Shown one piece after another: positions 1 to 10,599 of a stretch of DNA of 64,000 nucleotides. The stretch's first letter is position 1. Every line of letters begins with the position of its first letter. Under the pieces are notes generated by a model. It did no database searches. It was not told the DNA's origin and saw only the letters and a program-made list of their open reading frames with translations. A program made the position numbers and the translations under genes. This DNA comes from Promethearchaeota archaeon (GTDB lineage: Archaea > Asgardarchaeota > Lokiarchaeia > Sigyniarchaeales > SOKP01): contig JAHPZE010000013.1 of NCBI GenBank assembly GCA_019058365.1, positions 1-64,000 on the forward strand, written 5' to 3'.

Positions 1-173
1 GATACAATTTAATACCAAGTGGTCTTCAAATCACTGAATTTTGTAGCTAATCTTTATTTTTCCTTTAAATTCATTGGGGGTATGAAGCTTCTTAAAATAT
101 ATTCATTTATAACTGAACATATCTTAAAAAAATGTAAGTCAAAAATTATCATGAAATTACAAATTTTAAATAT

Positions 174-878
174 TTGAGATGGATAAGAAAAATGGGCGAG
201 AATAAAAATAGTATATGGGCACTCCCCCTTATTGGAGGGATTTTAGCACTTATAGGATTATTAACACCAGCAGCTTCTTATTCCAGTTATTATAACACTA
301 TGCAGTTTTGGATGTGGGGATTAATGTCGGTTCGCCTGTATGACTATTATGAAGGGTATTTGACGGTTACACAGTTTACTGAAAGTCCTGTAGAAATTGG
401 TCTTTCAATAATTTCTACTGTAATAATACTAGTCAGTGCAATACTACTTATTTCTAAAGCTAATTCAAGCAGGAAGAATGGGGTTTCTGGAGTAGGCTGG
501 TTAAGTCCCTCAATATTGATGATGTTAGGCACTATAATATGGATGGTAGGTTTGGAAATTTATTCACAAATATATTCAGGTTTAAGTTTTTGGACTTATA
601 TCGATGCTGGATTTGGGGTAATAGGACCATTTCTTGGTGCGGGATTATCGATAGTTGGGTATGGGGTATCAAAAATGAGCTCTAAAAGAACACAAGAGAT
701 GATCATACCTATGAAACAAGGATTTACAAGCCCTCATATAAGCATTAACGCTGCACATTCGTTTAGGTTCTGCCCGCAGTGTGGTGAAAAGAGACAACAG
801 GCTGACCAGCATTTTTGTATCAATTGTGGGTTTGATCTTAAAAGTTTTCCTGCAAGTTCAGAAAAAAAGGAGATATGA
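174..878 (+). CDS. Multi-pass membrane protein with C-terminal zinc ribbon (likely start ATG 192)
   Basis: About 4 hydrophobic helices; FCPQCG...FCINCG. Confidence 0.75.
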   Translation: MRWIRKMGENKNSIWALPLIGGILALIGLLTPAASYSSYYNTMQFWMWGLMSVRLYDYYEGYLTVTQFTESPVEIGLSIISTVIILVSAILLISKANSSRKNGVSGVGWLSPSILMMLGTIIWMVGLEIYSQIYSGLSFWTYIDAGFGVIGPFLGAGLSIVGYGVSKMSSKRTQEMIIPMKQGFTSPHISINAAHSFRFCPQCGEKRQQADQHFCINCGFDLKSFPASSEKKEI

Positions 879-1091
879 ATATCTAATGTTTTATATTTTT
901 AAGACTCCAGAGAAGAAAGAAATATTGACTTTTTATAGATGATAAATAGAAGCCTTTTATAAATTTAAGGCTTAGTTTAACAAATTGAGAAAATCTTTAG
1001 AAAAATATATAGTAGTAATGAATATCATACTTATCAATTTTTTTCCTTTTTCTTCATAATTTTCCCAGAGAAAGATCTGAAAAAGAGTATA

Positions 1092-2231
1092 TTAGATCAC
1101 TAGAGGATCTTTAGGATTATAGGTTACTTGTTCACATTTTTCTTTACCGACTATAAGATCATCTTCTAATCGTATCCCCCATTTACCAATCCAATATAAA
1201 CCAGGTTCATTTGTATACACCATATTCTCTTTTAGTATAGAATATTCAGGGGCTTTTGAACTTACTCGAGGACCAACGCCATGGGCTTCGAAATCTAACG
1301 CGTGTCCTAATCCATGAAAAAACAATTTCTCATGATCATAACCCTTTTCAGCTAAATATTCGCGACATTTTACTGCTGGTAAACGACTTGGAGTACCATC
1401 AGTATAATATTTATTTGCAATTATTTTTGACTCATAAAGAGCATTGTAGGCATTCTTGAATTCTTCTGAAGGATTATTACCCACCCAATATGTCCAAGTA
1501 ATATCAGAACACATCTCATCAATTTGCATACCAGTATCAATTAGAAGAGGACCAGGTTTTATTTTTTCATTTGAAGAATTATGGTGTGGGTCAGCAGAAT
1601 GTTCCCCAGTGCCCACGATTGCTGGAAAAGCGGGTTTACCTACTTTCGCATATTCATATTCTAATTTTGCCATTACTTCCCTTTCAGTCATGCCGATTTT
1701 TGCGAAATCTGGAACAGTTTCTAGTAATTCAATGGTGGCTTTACATACATTCCGTAAATCTTCAAGTTCTTCTGCAGATTTAACGCTTCTAAGTTCATAT
1801 ATTATAGGTGCTGCTGAAATAAACTCTGTAGTTGGTAATAATTTTTTTAGTGCTGAATAAGTACCAAATGGTATATAATCTGCATATGAAGTTGTATTCT
1901 CTTGAAAAATATTCTCTCCAAAATCAAGAGCTATCTTTGGTTTGCTAACGAAATTTTTTAATTTTTCAACAAATTCGCTTAAAGAATTAAACGGAATTAC
2001 TTCTGCATCTACTCCCTTTTTTTTAAGAGAATTTTTAACCATATTTGCTTCCATAACCACGGGGAAAACTTTATGGTTGCCATCAGCGGCAATTAAAATC
2101 GCGTGAAGAGCATGAGACCCAACTCCTAATAAATATCGAGAGTGGATATCATTATCTTCATTGACAACTATTAACCAACCATCTGCATTGATTTCTTGGA
2201 GTATTTGTTGAGCTTTTTCAAATTTATTCAT
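1092..2231 (-). CDS. Xaa-Pro aminopeptidase/prolidase, M24 family
   Basis: PHH, LIDTG, SDITWT, HGLGH, EPGLY, GIRLEDD metal-binding motifs. Confidence 0.93.
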   Translation of the reverse strand: MNKFEKAQQILQEINADGWLIVVNEDNDIHSRYLLGVGSHALHAILIAADGNHKVFPVVMEANMVKNSLKKKGVDAEVIPFNSLSEFVEKLKNFVSKPKIALDFGENIFQENTTSYADYIPFGTYSALKKLLPTTEFISAAPIIYELRSVKSAEELEDLRNVCKATIELLETVPDFAKIGMTEREVMAKLEYEYAKVGKPAFPAIVGTGEHSADPHHNSSNEKIKPGPLLIDTGMQIDEMCSDITWTYWVGNNPSEEFKNAYNALYESKIIANKYYTDGTPSRLPAVKCREYLAEKGYDHEKLFFHGLGHALDFEAHGVGPRVSSKAPEYSILKENMVYTNEPGLYWIGKWGIRLEDDLIVGKEKCEQVTYNPKDPLVI

Positions 2232-2459
2232 ATATCAAATCATTACATGGTTTTTAATTAATTTTATTAAAATACAGAATTTTTGATATATTTGTATAAA
2301 AATAAAAATTTATAAATTCAAATTCTAGCGAATAATTGTTATAATCTATTGATACAAGGAAAAAAGAATTTTTGCTAATTTTTTATTTTTTAAGAATAAA
2401 AATATTTATTATAACTTAGTCCATTAATTAATAAGGATTAACAAAAATATTCAATTAAA

Positions 2460-2924
2460 TTGAGGAATGATATGACAGAAATAAAAAAACTACAATTAAG
2501 TACGGGAACAGAGGTAGATTTTGATAAGAAAGCACCAACTACTCTCTTTGAGCTGATAATTAGCGAGATATTGATTCCTAAATATAAAGAAAATGCTGAT
2601 TGGAACTTAAGTTTGAACATTATCCTCGAAGAAATGAATCGCCTTATAAAAAAGTATGATTTAAACCCCAAGTTAAAACTAGGATTGCTTAATGATGTTG
2701 AAGAACATTTAGATAAAGATATAGAAGAACTCACGGGAGTAGATAAAATTGAAATATTATTTTTGAATATGGATGATTACGTTGAAGATATAAAAAAGAT
2801 AATACTCGCAGGGAAAGATAAAGAAGAACTTCGCACAAGTATGGCTCAGCTAACAATGCCCTTAACGCCTTTTGAATTATCTGAACTTTTTATTTATTTA
2901 GGAAAGCGAGCTTTTTTAAAATAA
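2460..2924 (+). CDS. Hypothetical helical protein
   Basis: 154-aa ORF with protein-like composition and a T-rich terminator-like tail. Confidence 0.7.
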   Translation: MRNDMTEIKKLQLSTGTEVDFDKKAPTTLFELIISEILIPKYKENADWNLSLNIILEEMNRLIKKYDLNPKLKLGLLNDVEEHLDKDIEELTGVDKIEILFLNMDDYVEDIKKIILAGKDKEELRTSMAQLTMPLTPFELSELFIYLGKRAFLK

Positions 2925-3049
2925 TCAATTTTTTATCTTTTTTTAAATTCTATCTGTTTTTCTTTCTCTTAAAGTGGTAATCGGTTTACTCTATAAAATA
3001 TAGAGAAGCGGTATACATCAGAAAGATTGCTGGAATATCTTCAAAAGCT

Positions 3050-3748
3050 TTGGGCTACAAATTACAGATGCCGATAATAGGAAAAATTCTTCGATGGAGT
3101 GTTGAGCGAATGATACATGGAGCTGTTAAACATCCGAATCCTATTAGGGCAGATGGTCATATTGGGCAAGTTATACCTATGGAAGACGCTCAAATTATTC
3201 TTTCAAAACTCGCAGCAGAACCTATAGTTGAAACCTATTGTATGTGTCGCAAGAAGCAACAAGGCATAAATTATCAATGTTGCATAAATTTTGGAGTGCT
3301 TTCAGAAGTTTTAGAAAAACTTCCGAGATTTATACCTAAAGAGAGAGTACATCGGATTTCTCGAGAAGAAGCAATGGAAAGAATAGAACAACATAATAAA
3401 AATGGATTAGTATCTACTGTTTGGTATCAACCTTATCCATATATAAATGCTATATGTAATTGCGAGAGCCCAGAATATGGTGCATTCCGCTTAAGAAATT
3501 ATTATGATCTAATGATAATGTCTAAAGCAGAATATATAATTGATTTAGATCAAAATAAGTGTCAAGGATGTAAAGCTTGTGTATCTATGTGCCAATGGAA
3601 TGCTATATGTTATATCCCATCCCTTAAGAGAGTTATAATTGATTACAATAAATGTTTCGGATGTGGAGTCTGTCGTCATGCTTGTAAACATGACGCTCTA
3701 AAGCTTATACCAAGGCAAGAATTTCATGGATTTGATGGACATTTTTAG
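3050..3748 (+). CDS. 4Fe-4S dicluster protein, probably 5'-truncated or decaying
   Basis: CMCR, ICNC, CQGCKACVSMC and CFGCGVCRHAC; frame continues upstream of the TTG without a good start. Confidence 0.75.
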   Translation: MGYKLQMPIIGKILRWSVERMIHGAVKHPNPIRADGHIGQVIPMEDAQIILSKLAAEPIVETYCMCRKKQQGINYQCCINFGVLSEVLEKLPRFIPKERVHRISREEAMERIEQHNKNGLVSTVWYQPYPYINAICNCESPEYGAFRLRNYYDLMIMSKAEYIIDLDQNKCQGCKACVSMCQWNAICYIPSLKRVIIDYNKCFGCGVCRHACKHDALKLIPRQEFHGFDGHF

Positions 3749-3756
3749 GTGGTTGT

Positions 3757-4011
3757 ATGGGAAAAACAAAAATAAAAATTGATTATTCGAAATGTGGTCC
3801 CGAAGGTAATGTTGATCCGAAAGACTGTGCAAAATGCCTAAATGTATGTGATCCTTGTGTGTTTTTAAGACATGAGGATTTAAAATTTAAAGAAGAAAAT
3901 GTATTTGACCCTCAACATTGGAAGATTACAGCAATTTGGCCATCAGTTTGTACACGCCGTTATAAATGTATAGATATATGTCCAGAAAATGCAATAAGTA
4001 TTAAATGGTGA
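3757..4011 (+). CDS. Small ferredoxin-like protein
   Basis: CAKCLNVC and CTRRYKCIDICP (one Cys replaced); GGTGG RBS. Confidence 0.75.
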   Translation: MGKTKIKIDYSKCGPEGNVDPKDCAKCLNVCDPCVFLRHEDLKFKEENVFDPQHWKITAIWPSVCTRRYKCIDICPENAISIKW

Positions 4012-4044
4012 AAATTTTCTTTTTCATAATACTTACCCAGAGAA

Positions 4045-4857
4045 TTAGTCTATATCTGCTTCTTTTGCTGATTTATAAAGATAGTCAAAATAGTACAAGG
4101 AAGCTGGCCCAAAAGCCACGTGGTCTGTTAAAATCCCAAAATAAGACATTTTTTTAGGAAAAAAGCTTTCAGAAAGCATAATAAACGCATCTTCTCCTTC
4201 ATCAATAACAACCGCACTACCGAAAATTTGATCTCTCCATCTTATTTCGCAAAGTGAGTTATACTTTTTTATCAGAGTTCTAAACTTTTTATCTTCTAAT
4301 GCTTCTGCCTCTACGAGAAGTCGCAAATCAGTTACACCTCGTGCTCTAGCTTTTTTCATATCTTCATAAAACATTTCCAATAATTCATATTTAGTAGAAA
4401 CAAGATAAATTGATGTCCTTGCTAAATTAATTAATGATAATGCTTTGTTAACACACACGTCCCTTCCACGATGAATATATAAAGCAATCTTAATAGGAGT
4501 ATCATGAGATTGATAAATTGGTGTTAATGTATGAATAATTTTATTCGAATGACCATCGAAACTAGTATTATATTGCTTCTTAGCAATAATTAAGGCTTCA
4601 TCTGGACTTTTAGCAAAATAACGCGAAGGACGAGATTCTTCTTCTTTAATAATCCATAATTTTTCTTTCTCAAGTTGAGTTAGAATGTTATAGATTCTCG
4701 AGTAGGGGACTCCAGACGCTTCAGAAAGTTCTCTAGCATCCATAGGACCTTTACTTATTAATGTTAGATATATAGAAATCTCATAATCCGTAAGACCAAT
4801 AGCTCTTAAAGACTCTTTTACATTTTCTGGTATTTCTTTTGACATTGTTTTACCCAT
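4045..4857 (-). CDS. TrmB-family transcriptional regulator
   Basis: GLTDYEISIYLTL...ARELSEASGVPYSRIYNIL HTH, followed by an effector domain. Confidence 0.92.
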   Translation of the reverse strand: MGKTMSKEIPENVKESLRAIGLTDYEISIYLTLISKGPMDARELSEASGVPYSRIYNILTQLEKEKLWIIKEEESRPSRYFAKSPDEALIIAKKQYNTSFDGHSNKIIHTLTPIYQSHDTPIKIALYIHRGRDVCVNKALSLINLARTSIYLVSTKYELLEMFYEDMKKARARGVTDLRLLVEAEALEDKKFRTLIKKYNSLCEIRWRDQIFGSAVVIDEGEDAFIMLSESFFPKKMSYFGILTDHVAFGPASLYYFDYLYKSAKEADID

Positions 4858-5054
4858 TCTATCATTTTAATGATGTAGATAAAGAAATTATGTATCAATA
4901 ATAATAATAATGATAATATTAATATTCTTTTTCTTAGGGGTTAAGTATTCAGGAAGAAAAATTGATAACCTTTACTGTTAAATTCCACCCTTTATCTCTT
5001 TTAATAGTGGCACCCCTCTTTAAAATTTATTGGTAAATTTAGTAGAGAGGGATT

Positions 5055-5615
5055 TCAAATGAATACTATTGCTGATGATGCACAAATGTTAATTATACCA
5101 GTTACCAAATAAAGAATTCTCCAAGCATCTCCATTATTGAAAAATAACGCAAATGAGATAACGACCCATATGAAAGAACTTATTGGGAAAATTAGTTTGC
5201 TATGCATACCTTTATTTTGTATTTTGTTGGATGTAAATCTAATCAGAGTGGGAATAAGATATGCAAGTAAAGAGCTCGTAATAAGAAAAACTAGAATAAT
5301 TATTTCCCATGTCCATAATAAACTTGCAAATATAGAACAATATCCAATTATTATTATAGCCGCTATAATTAAAGGTTCTTTAGCTATCTTATCCACAAAT
5401 CTTATTGAAATTAAGAATATAATTGAAAATAATATGAAACTTAAAGCCATTAAATTCGCAATTGGGATGTTATAAACAAAAATTGACCACTGAGATTCAA
5501 GAATTTCGGGATTCAAAAACATTAAGAGATTGTAAATGGGTCCTGAAAAGATACTGGCCAAAACAGCAAATGGTATAAAAAACTTTAAAATTATGAGTTT
5601 CTCCATGTTATTCAT
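5055..5615 (-). CDS. Six-helix membrane protein resembling half an MFS transporter
   Basis: Six hydrophobic segments; WRILYLVTG motif. Confidence 0.55.
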   Translation of the reverse strand: MNNMEKLIILKFFIPFAVLASIFSGPIYNLLMFLNPEILESQWSIFVYNIPIANLMALSFILFSIIFLISIRFVDKIAKEPLIIAAIIIIGYCSIFASLLWTWEIIILVFLITSSLLAYLIPTLIRFTSNKIQNKGMHSKLIFPISSFIWVVISFALFFNNGDAWRILYLVTGIINICASSAIVFI

Positions 5616-5754
5616 TTTAATATGGACTCCTTAAAAAGTTTTATTTTGCAAAAAAAACTTTTTCATAATATCTAACTAATTAATTTTAATGAAGCTAATT
5701 GAATATTACTATAGGAGGAATAAATTAGCAATAATAAGATTCAATGTATTTTAA

Positions 5755-7809
5755 GTGGAAATATTTAATAATATTATACAATTCAAAATATTTATTATGC
5801 AACACAAATCAAAATTAAACCTTTCAGTAATGATATTGGTTATTGGATTAGGAATATTACCAACTGGATTGTTTATTAAAGGTTATCTCACTGATCAAGT
5901 TTCTTCAAAAGTTGCTCCTTTTTTATCTGTTGTTGAAGAGGAGGCTTTAATCGACATCGAAGATGATTATCTTAGTTTAGGCGTTTCAGAGACACTTGAG
6001 GGACTCTCTAATGGGTTACTCCCTATAACAGAAGAATGGGCATTAATAAAAGGTATTCCCACAACTCTTTTATATCTTCAAAATACGACACTTATAGAGT
6101 TGCCAAAATTTATTAATGCATCTCGAGCTGCTTTAGCTATTAGTACTGCAATAAATGATGTTGTAACGCTTAATGGTTCTTCAATTATTAGTGCTATGGA
6201 TGCATTTTTTAACAATTATTCGTTTCAAGATGATTTCTCCTCTGCAGTACAAGGTATTTCAGAATATATAACTGGGGGGGCATATGCTCTTAATTATACT
6301 TTAATTACTATAACAAAACTATTGAACGGGGATTTTAATGTCCCAGGATTATTAACTGATCTAGAATTAGGAACAGGTGTTTTAGATTGGCTTGAATTTT
6401 ATTCTTATGCTGAAGCAAATATTTCAAATTATAGAACTTCGATAGAAAATGCATATGATTGCAACTGGTCATCTGGTCAGCTTCAGAATCTTTCAGCATA
6501 TATAAACACACACTTGTTTGATGATATAGTTAAATCTCAGTATGCTCCTTTAAATTTAACAGCTTTTACAGAACTAACATTTTATAGTCAATGGGCTAAT
6601 GCTTCAATGGCATCCTCTGGATTTAATTTGATCTTGTTTAGCGAAAATATTACGGATAATGTATTAGGCTTAGAAGCAGGTATACCAATCCCTACAAATA
6701 TCACATTACAAACTGCTAAGGATCTATGGGATCCTCTAAACAATTATTCTTTTACTAACGATATTGGAATTTGGACTTGGTACCTTGCTATAGATGGGAA
6801 TTCCGAAAATTCAGAGTCGTTAAAGTTAGAGATACAAATAAATTTCTCGTTAGATAATGCTACAATGGACATACTTTTTAATTGGTTAGCTAATATAGTT
6901 GCTATTAATTTAGTTCCATTAATATTTCCTCTTCCGCACCCGATTGGTAGTGGAATGTCTATATTAGATTATGCTGAAATTTTACTCATGGAACAATGGG
7001 CTAATGGTACGCTTAATAGTGAAGGAATTACCTTAGGTGTTGGTGTTAAAGGATTTGAAGTAGGAATTCCAACAAAATCAAATCTTTCATTAGCTATTGC
7101 AACTGCTCTGTTTGATGCAAAAAACATGTCTTCTTTAGTTAATAGAACAGGTATAGTAAAATGGATGAATGCATATGAAGGAGATCCTGCTACTCAAAAT
7201 GAGATTATTGGAACTTTTGGTTTGAGTTCAAACCAATTAGATTTAATCACAACCTGGTTATTTACCTCATTTAGATATAACGTAACACCTGCAATAACAT
7301 ATATTTATACAGCAACCAAAATGTCGACTTATGCTCAATTTGGGTTCTATTATCAATGGTCTGAGGGGATGCTCTTTCCAAGTGGGCTTGATCTGGGTCC
7401 AATATTAGGTTTAAGTCAAATTAGCGGATGGGAATTAGGAATTCCAACGGGATTGAATATCAATGAATCGATCTCAGCACAATTATGGTCAAAGAAAGAA
7501 GAATTATCACTAATTCAATATAAGGGGATTGCGTATTGGTTTAAGGCAATGGGAGCAAGAGATTTAAATTATGATTATTTAATGAATCATTTTGGACTAA
7601 CATATAACCAGATGGATGCAATTTTAGAATGGTTAGTAAATATCAGAGAAAATTTTGGAGTTCCTGTAGCTCAATTAGAAGCTAATTTTCCTGTAGACAA
7701 TTATACGCTAGGAAATAATATTTACTTCATATTCTTGATAGGTGGAAGTATCATCGCAAGTCTTGGAGCCTTGGGTATTGTTTTACTAGCATTATTTAAA
7801 AAGAGATAG
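5755..7809 (+). CDS. Membrane-anchored surface protein with three internal repeats of about 125 aa
   Basis: N- and C-terminal TM helices; QW..G...G.E.GIP repeated 3 times; many N-x-S/T sequons. Confidence 0.75.
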   Translation: MEIFNNIIQFKIFIMQHKSKLNLSVMILVIGLGILPTGLFIKGYLTDQVSSKVAPFLSVVEEEALIDIEDDYLSLGVSETLEGLSNGLLPITEEWALIKGIPTTLLYLQNTTLIELPKFINASRAALAISTAINDVVTLNGSSIISAMDAFFNNYSFQDDFSSAVQGISEYITGGAYALNYTLITITKLLNGDFNVPGLLTDLELGTGVLDWLEFYSYAEANISNYRTSIENAYDCNWSSGQLQNLSAYINTHLFDDIVKSQYAPLNLTAFTELTFYSQWANASMASSGFNLILFSENITDNVLGLEAGIPIPTNITLQTAKDLWDPLNNYSFTNDIGIWTWYLAIDGNSENSESLKLEIQINFSLDNATMDILFNWLANIVAINLVPLIFPLPHPIGSGMSILDYAEILLMEQWANGTLNSEGITLGVGVKGFEVGIPTKSNLSLAIATALFDAKNMSSLVNRTGIVKWMNAYEGDPATQNEIIGTFGLSSNQLDLITTWLFTSFRYNVTPAITYIYTATKMSTYAQFGFYYQWSEGMLFPSGLDLGPILGLSQISGWELGIPTGLNINESISAQLWSKKEELSLIQYKGIAYWFKAMGARDLNYDYLMNHFGLTYNQMDAILEWLVNIRENFGVPVAQLEANFPVDNYTLGNNIYFIFLIGGSIIASLGALGIVLLALFKKR

Positions 7810-8541
7810 GAAAAAAGGAACTGACTTTAGGAGAATTTTATTTTTTTAATTTTTTTTTTCGATTTTTCCAATATTAACTTTTTTTTTTAACTGCAAAACT
7901 CTTTGGAAATGCTTCATTATTAAACTTTAGTTATTATCGGATGTTCTGGCTATCAATTTTTTTTATTCGAATGGAGATAGCGGAAAAACTTGGAATTCTA
8001 TAAAAGATTATTGAATATCTAAAAGAAGGGTTAGATTTAATGCTAAGAAAAAAAAATTAAATAGTCCGGAGCAATTACTAATTGTAAGGGATTTGATTTT
8101 TTTTTCGAAATTTATCGTCAAATTTGATTAAGAAATTTAATGATACATAGTATACGACTTTCATCTTCTTCTAAGATATTACCTTATGCAATACTTTTAG
8201 GTGTTATCTTACCTTTTTAGCGTAGTTTAAGCTTATTATAAGGTAAAAAGGAGATTATCATTGTATAAAGAAGGAGTTTCGAATGATTTAATTCTAAAAT
8301 TTAAATTATCTAGTAAAGTATATAGTTTGATGGAAAAAGAAAAAAATTTACTGAATATTAATAGATTGATAAATTTAAATAAGGTTTTTCATACATACTC
8401 TTTTAACAATATATACAAAATTTTGCAAAAAAAGAATAAAATTGTAGATTTGATAAATAAAATTTAATAAATGATTCATTATATTTAATAATTAAAAAAA
8501 ATTATTATTAAAAAAGAATACAATTATAAGAATGTGATGTC

Positions 8542-8961
8542 ATGGATATCGTTGATCTAAAAATTTTGGAATTATTAAAAGACAATAGTAGGATGTCATT
8601 TAACGACATTTCTCTAAATGTAGGTAAGACTGAGGCTACTATAAGAAGAAGAGTTAAAAAATTAACAGAAGATGGAATTATAAAAAAGTTTACTATTGAC
8701 TATACTGTCGATAATAAGCCTCGTACAAGGGCTACTGTAAAAGTTGAGCCAGATTTCAAAGAAATTAAACGAATTTTAAAAGAATTATTAGAAATTGAAG
8801 AAATTACGGATATTTGGAGGCTTTCAGGGGATTGCGGGTTATTTATGAGAGTAGAAATTCCTTCAATTGAAAATTTCAATCCCTTAATTGAGGAAAAGAT
8901 CTCTCAGATTAAGGGTGTAAAAATTGTTGAAACCTGCTTTATCACAGATGTAATTAAATAA
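8542..8961 (+). CDS. Lrp/AsnC-family regulator
   Basis: DLKILELLKDNSRMSF...ATIRRRVKKL..DGIIKKFT. Confidence 0.93.
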   Translation: MDIVDLKILELLKDNSRMSFNDISLNVGKTEATIRRRVKKLTEDGIIKKFTIDYTVDNKPRTRATVKVEPDFKEIKRILKELLEIEEITDIWRLSGDCGLFMRVEIPSIENFNPLIEEKISQIKGVKIVETCFITDVIK

Positions 8962-9049
8962 TTTTCTTTGTAATATTACTTAATTTATCTTTTATTAAAT
9001 TTTATTCAGTTGAGTGGCTGAATTAAAAAGATTTTGTGATTTTTTTTGG

Positions 9050-10438
9050 TTACTTTTCTAAAAGTTTATCAATTATATCCATTCTTTTTTTAGTTTTCTT
9101 AAGGTCATGTTGGAGTTTCTTTGAACGCTTAACATACTCATCATCATTTAATTTTCCTGATGAGTGTTTTTTATCAATAAATTTCAATAAATCTTGAACT
9201 GAACTTAATTTTGTTTTTAAACCTTCCTTTTCATCTTTTAATTCATTTTTGGATCTGGCTTTTGTTTTAGTATTAAGCTTAGGAGGTGGCTTTAATTCAC
9301 GTTCATCTTTTTTCAATCTTTCTGGTTTTGGTGGAAGAGCTGTTAAAGATGGTTCTTCTTGAAGAATAGTATCTTCAATATCTTGTTTACTTATTTCTTC
9401 AGAATTATCTATCATGAGATCTTCAGTTTGCTCACTAATATTAATCATTTGAGAAGATTCAGATACTTGATTATTTTCTGAAATTTCTAACTCAAATATT
9501 CCATCATCTGAATTTATCGCCTCTTTTATCAACTTATCAACTGTAGATTTTATAGTATTAATTTGGCTTTGGAATATTTTTAATAATTTTACGAGGTCAC
9601 TTTTTTTAGAAATCTTCATTGAAAAATCAAGATCTAGTGATCTGTTATTAGCAGGAGTATAAGGCATAGATATTTCTTGTTGTTCTGATAATTTTTGTGC
9701 ACTTATGGATGTTTGAGGAATAGGAACCGGAACATCTTCATTTGCTCTCAATTCCATTCGAAAATCAGAGACAAGCCATTTAAAAATATTTTGTGCTAAT
9801 TGGGGGTTGTTATTACATTGAAAGCCTCCGCCTATCTTATCTCTAAATAATTCATAACTTCCAATACAACAAACTCGTCCCTTTTCTGGTTCTGATACAC
9901 AGATAAGAGGACATGAAAAAGGTTCAGATGTTTCATTTGAATCGGCGATTGAAAACGCACCACTTCCAATAATCGAAAGTGAAGATCCTGATCTATAACA
10001 TAGGGTACCTATATCCGCAGTAATAGGATGTGGGATATTAAATACAGAAATTAAAGGTATATTTTCTATTCCCAAGTTAATCCGCTCATCTAATACTTGA
10101 TCATTTTCAAAAATAATTCCAAATTGTTCTGATATTTCAGATAAATTACTCCCACGACCTTTATCTCCACCTGCATGAGATAATAATAGTAATCCTCCTC
10201 CAGAATTTTTCACCCAATTTACGATAGTATTTATTTCAAAAGAAGAGATTCTAGCAAAATCTGGGCATACAAAAACAAGAATATCATATGGTGTTAATGA
10301 TTCTTCTGTGATTGGTACTTCTAAATAATTATAACAAATAAAATCATTTGAATTTAAATAATCTCGGAGTTCAGTAAGATTTTCATCAATTCTACCTCTT
10401 GGTTTGTGAGAAATATCAAATGCAATATGATATGGCAT
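9050..10438 (-). CDS. GIFT (IFT52/GldG, DUF4350-like) domain protein with low-complexity linker and C-terminal coiled coil
   Basis: IAFDISH, YDILVFVCP, GGGLLLL, N..SEQFGI.F.ND, HPIT, GRV..IG. Confidence 0.65.
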   Translation of the reverse strand: MPYHIAFDISHKPRGRIDENLTELRDYLNSNDFICYNYLEVPITEESLTPYDILVFVCPDFARISSFEINTIVNWVKNSGGGLLLLSHAGGDKGRGSNLSEISEQFGIIFENDQVLDERINLGIENIPLISVFNIPHPITADIGTLCYRSGSSLSIIGSGAFSIADSNETSEPFSCPLICVSEPEKGRVCCIGSYELFRDKIGGGFQCNNNPQLAQNIFKWLVSDFRMELRANEDVPVPIPQTSISAQKLSEQQEISMPYTPANNRSLDLDFSMKISKKSDLVKLLKIFQSQINTIKSTVDKLIKEAINSDDGIFELEISENNQVSESSQMINISEQTEDLMIDNSEEISKQDIEDTILQEEPSLTALPPKPERLKKDERELKPPPKLNTKTKARSKNELKDEKEGLKTKLSSVQDLLKFIDKKHSSGKLNDDEYVKRSKKLQHDLKKTKKRMDIIDKLLEK

Positions 10439-10599
10439 GTTTGATCATTAAAATTGTATTTTTTTAATTTTAAAGTTAATCAATTTCTTGTTATTATTAT
10501 GTAGTATTTTAATATTTCTATAATTAATATTTAACTATAATATATAGAAGTTATAACCGATACTTTTCAAGGTTTAGCATACAATTATTTGAAAGTTAT

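Noticed and set aside
8261-8467. 68-aa ORF upstream of the Lrp gene
   Set aside because: AT-rich promoter region, K/N/I/L-biased, no RBS or motif.
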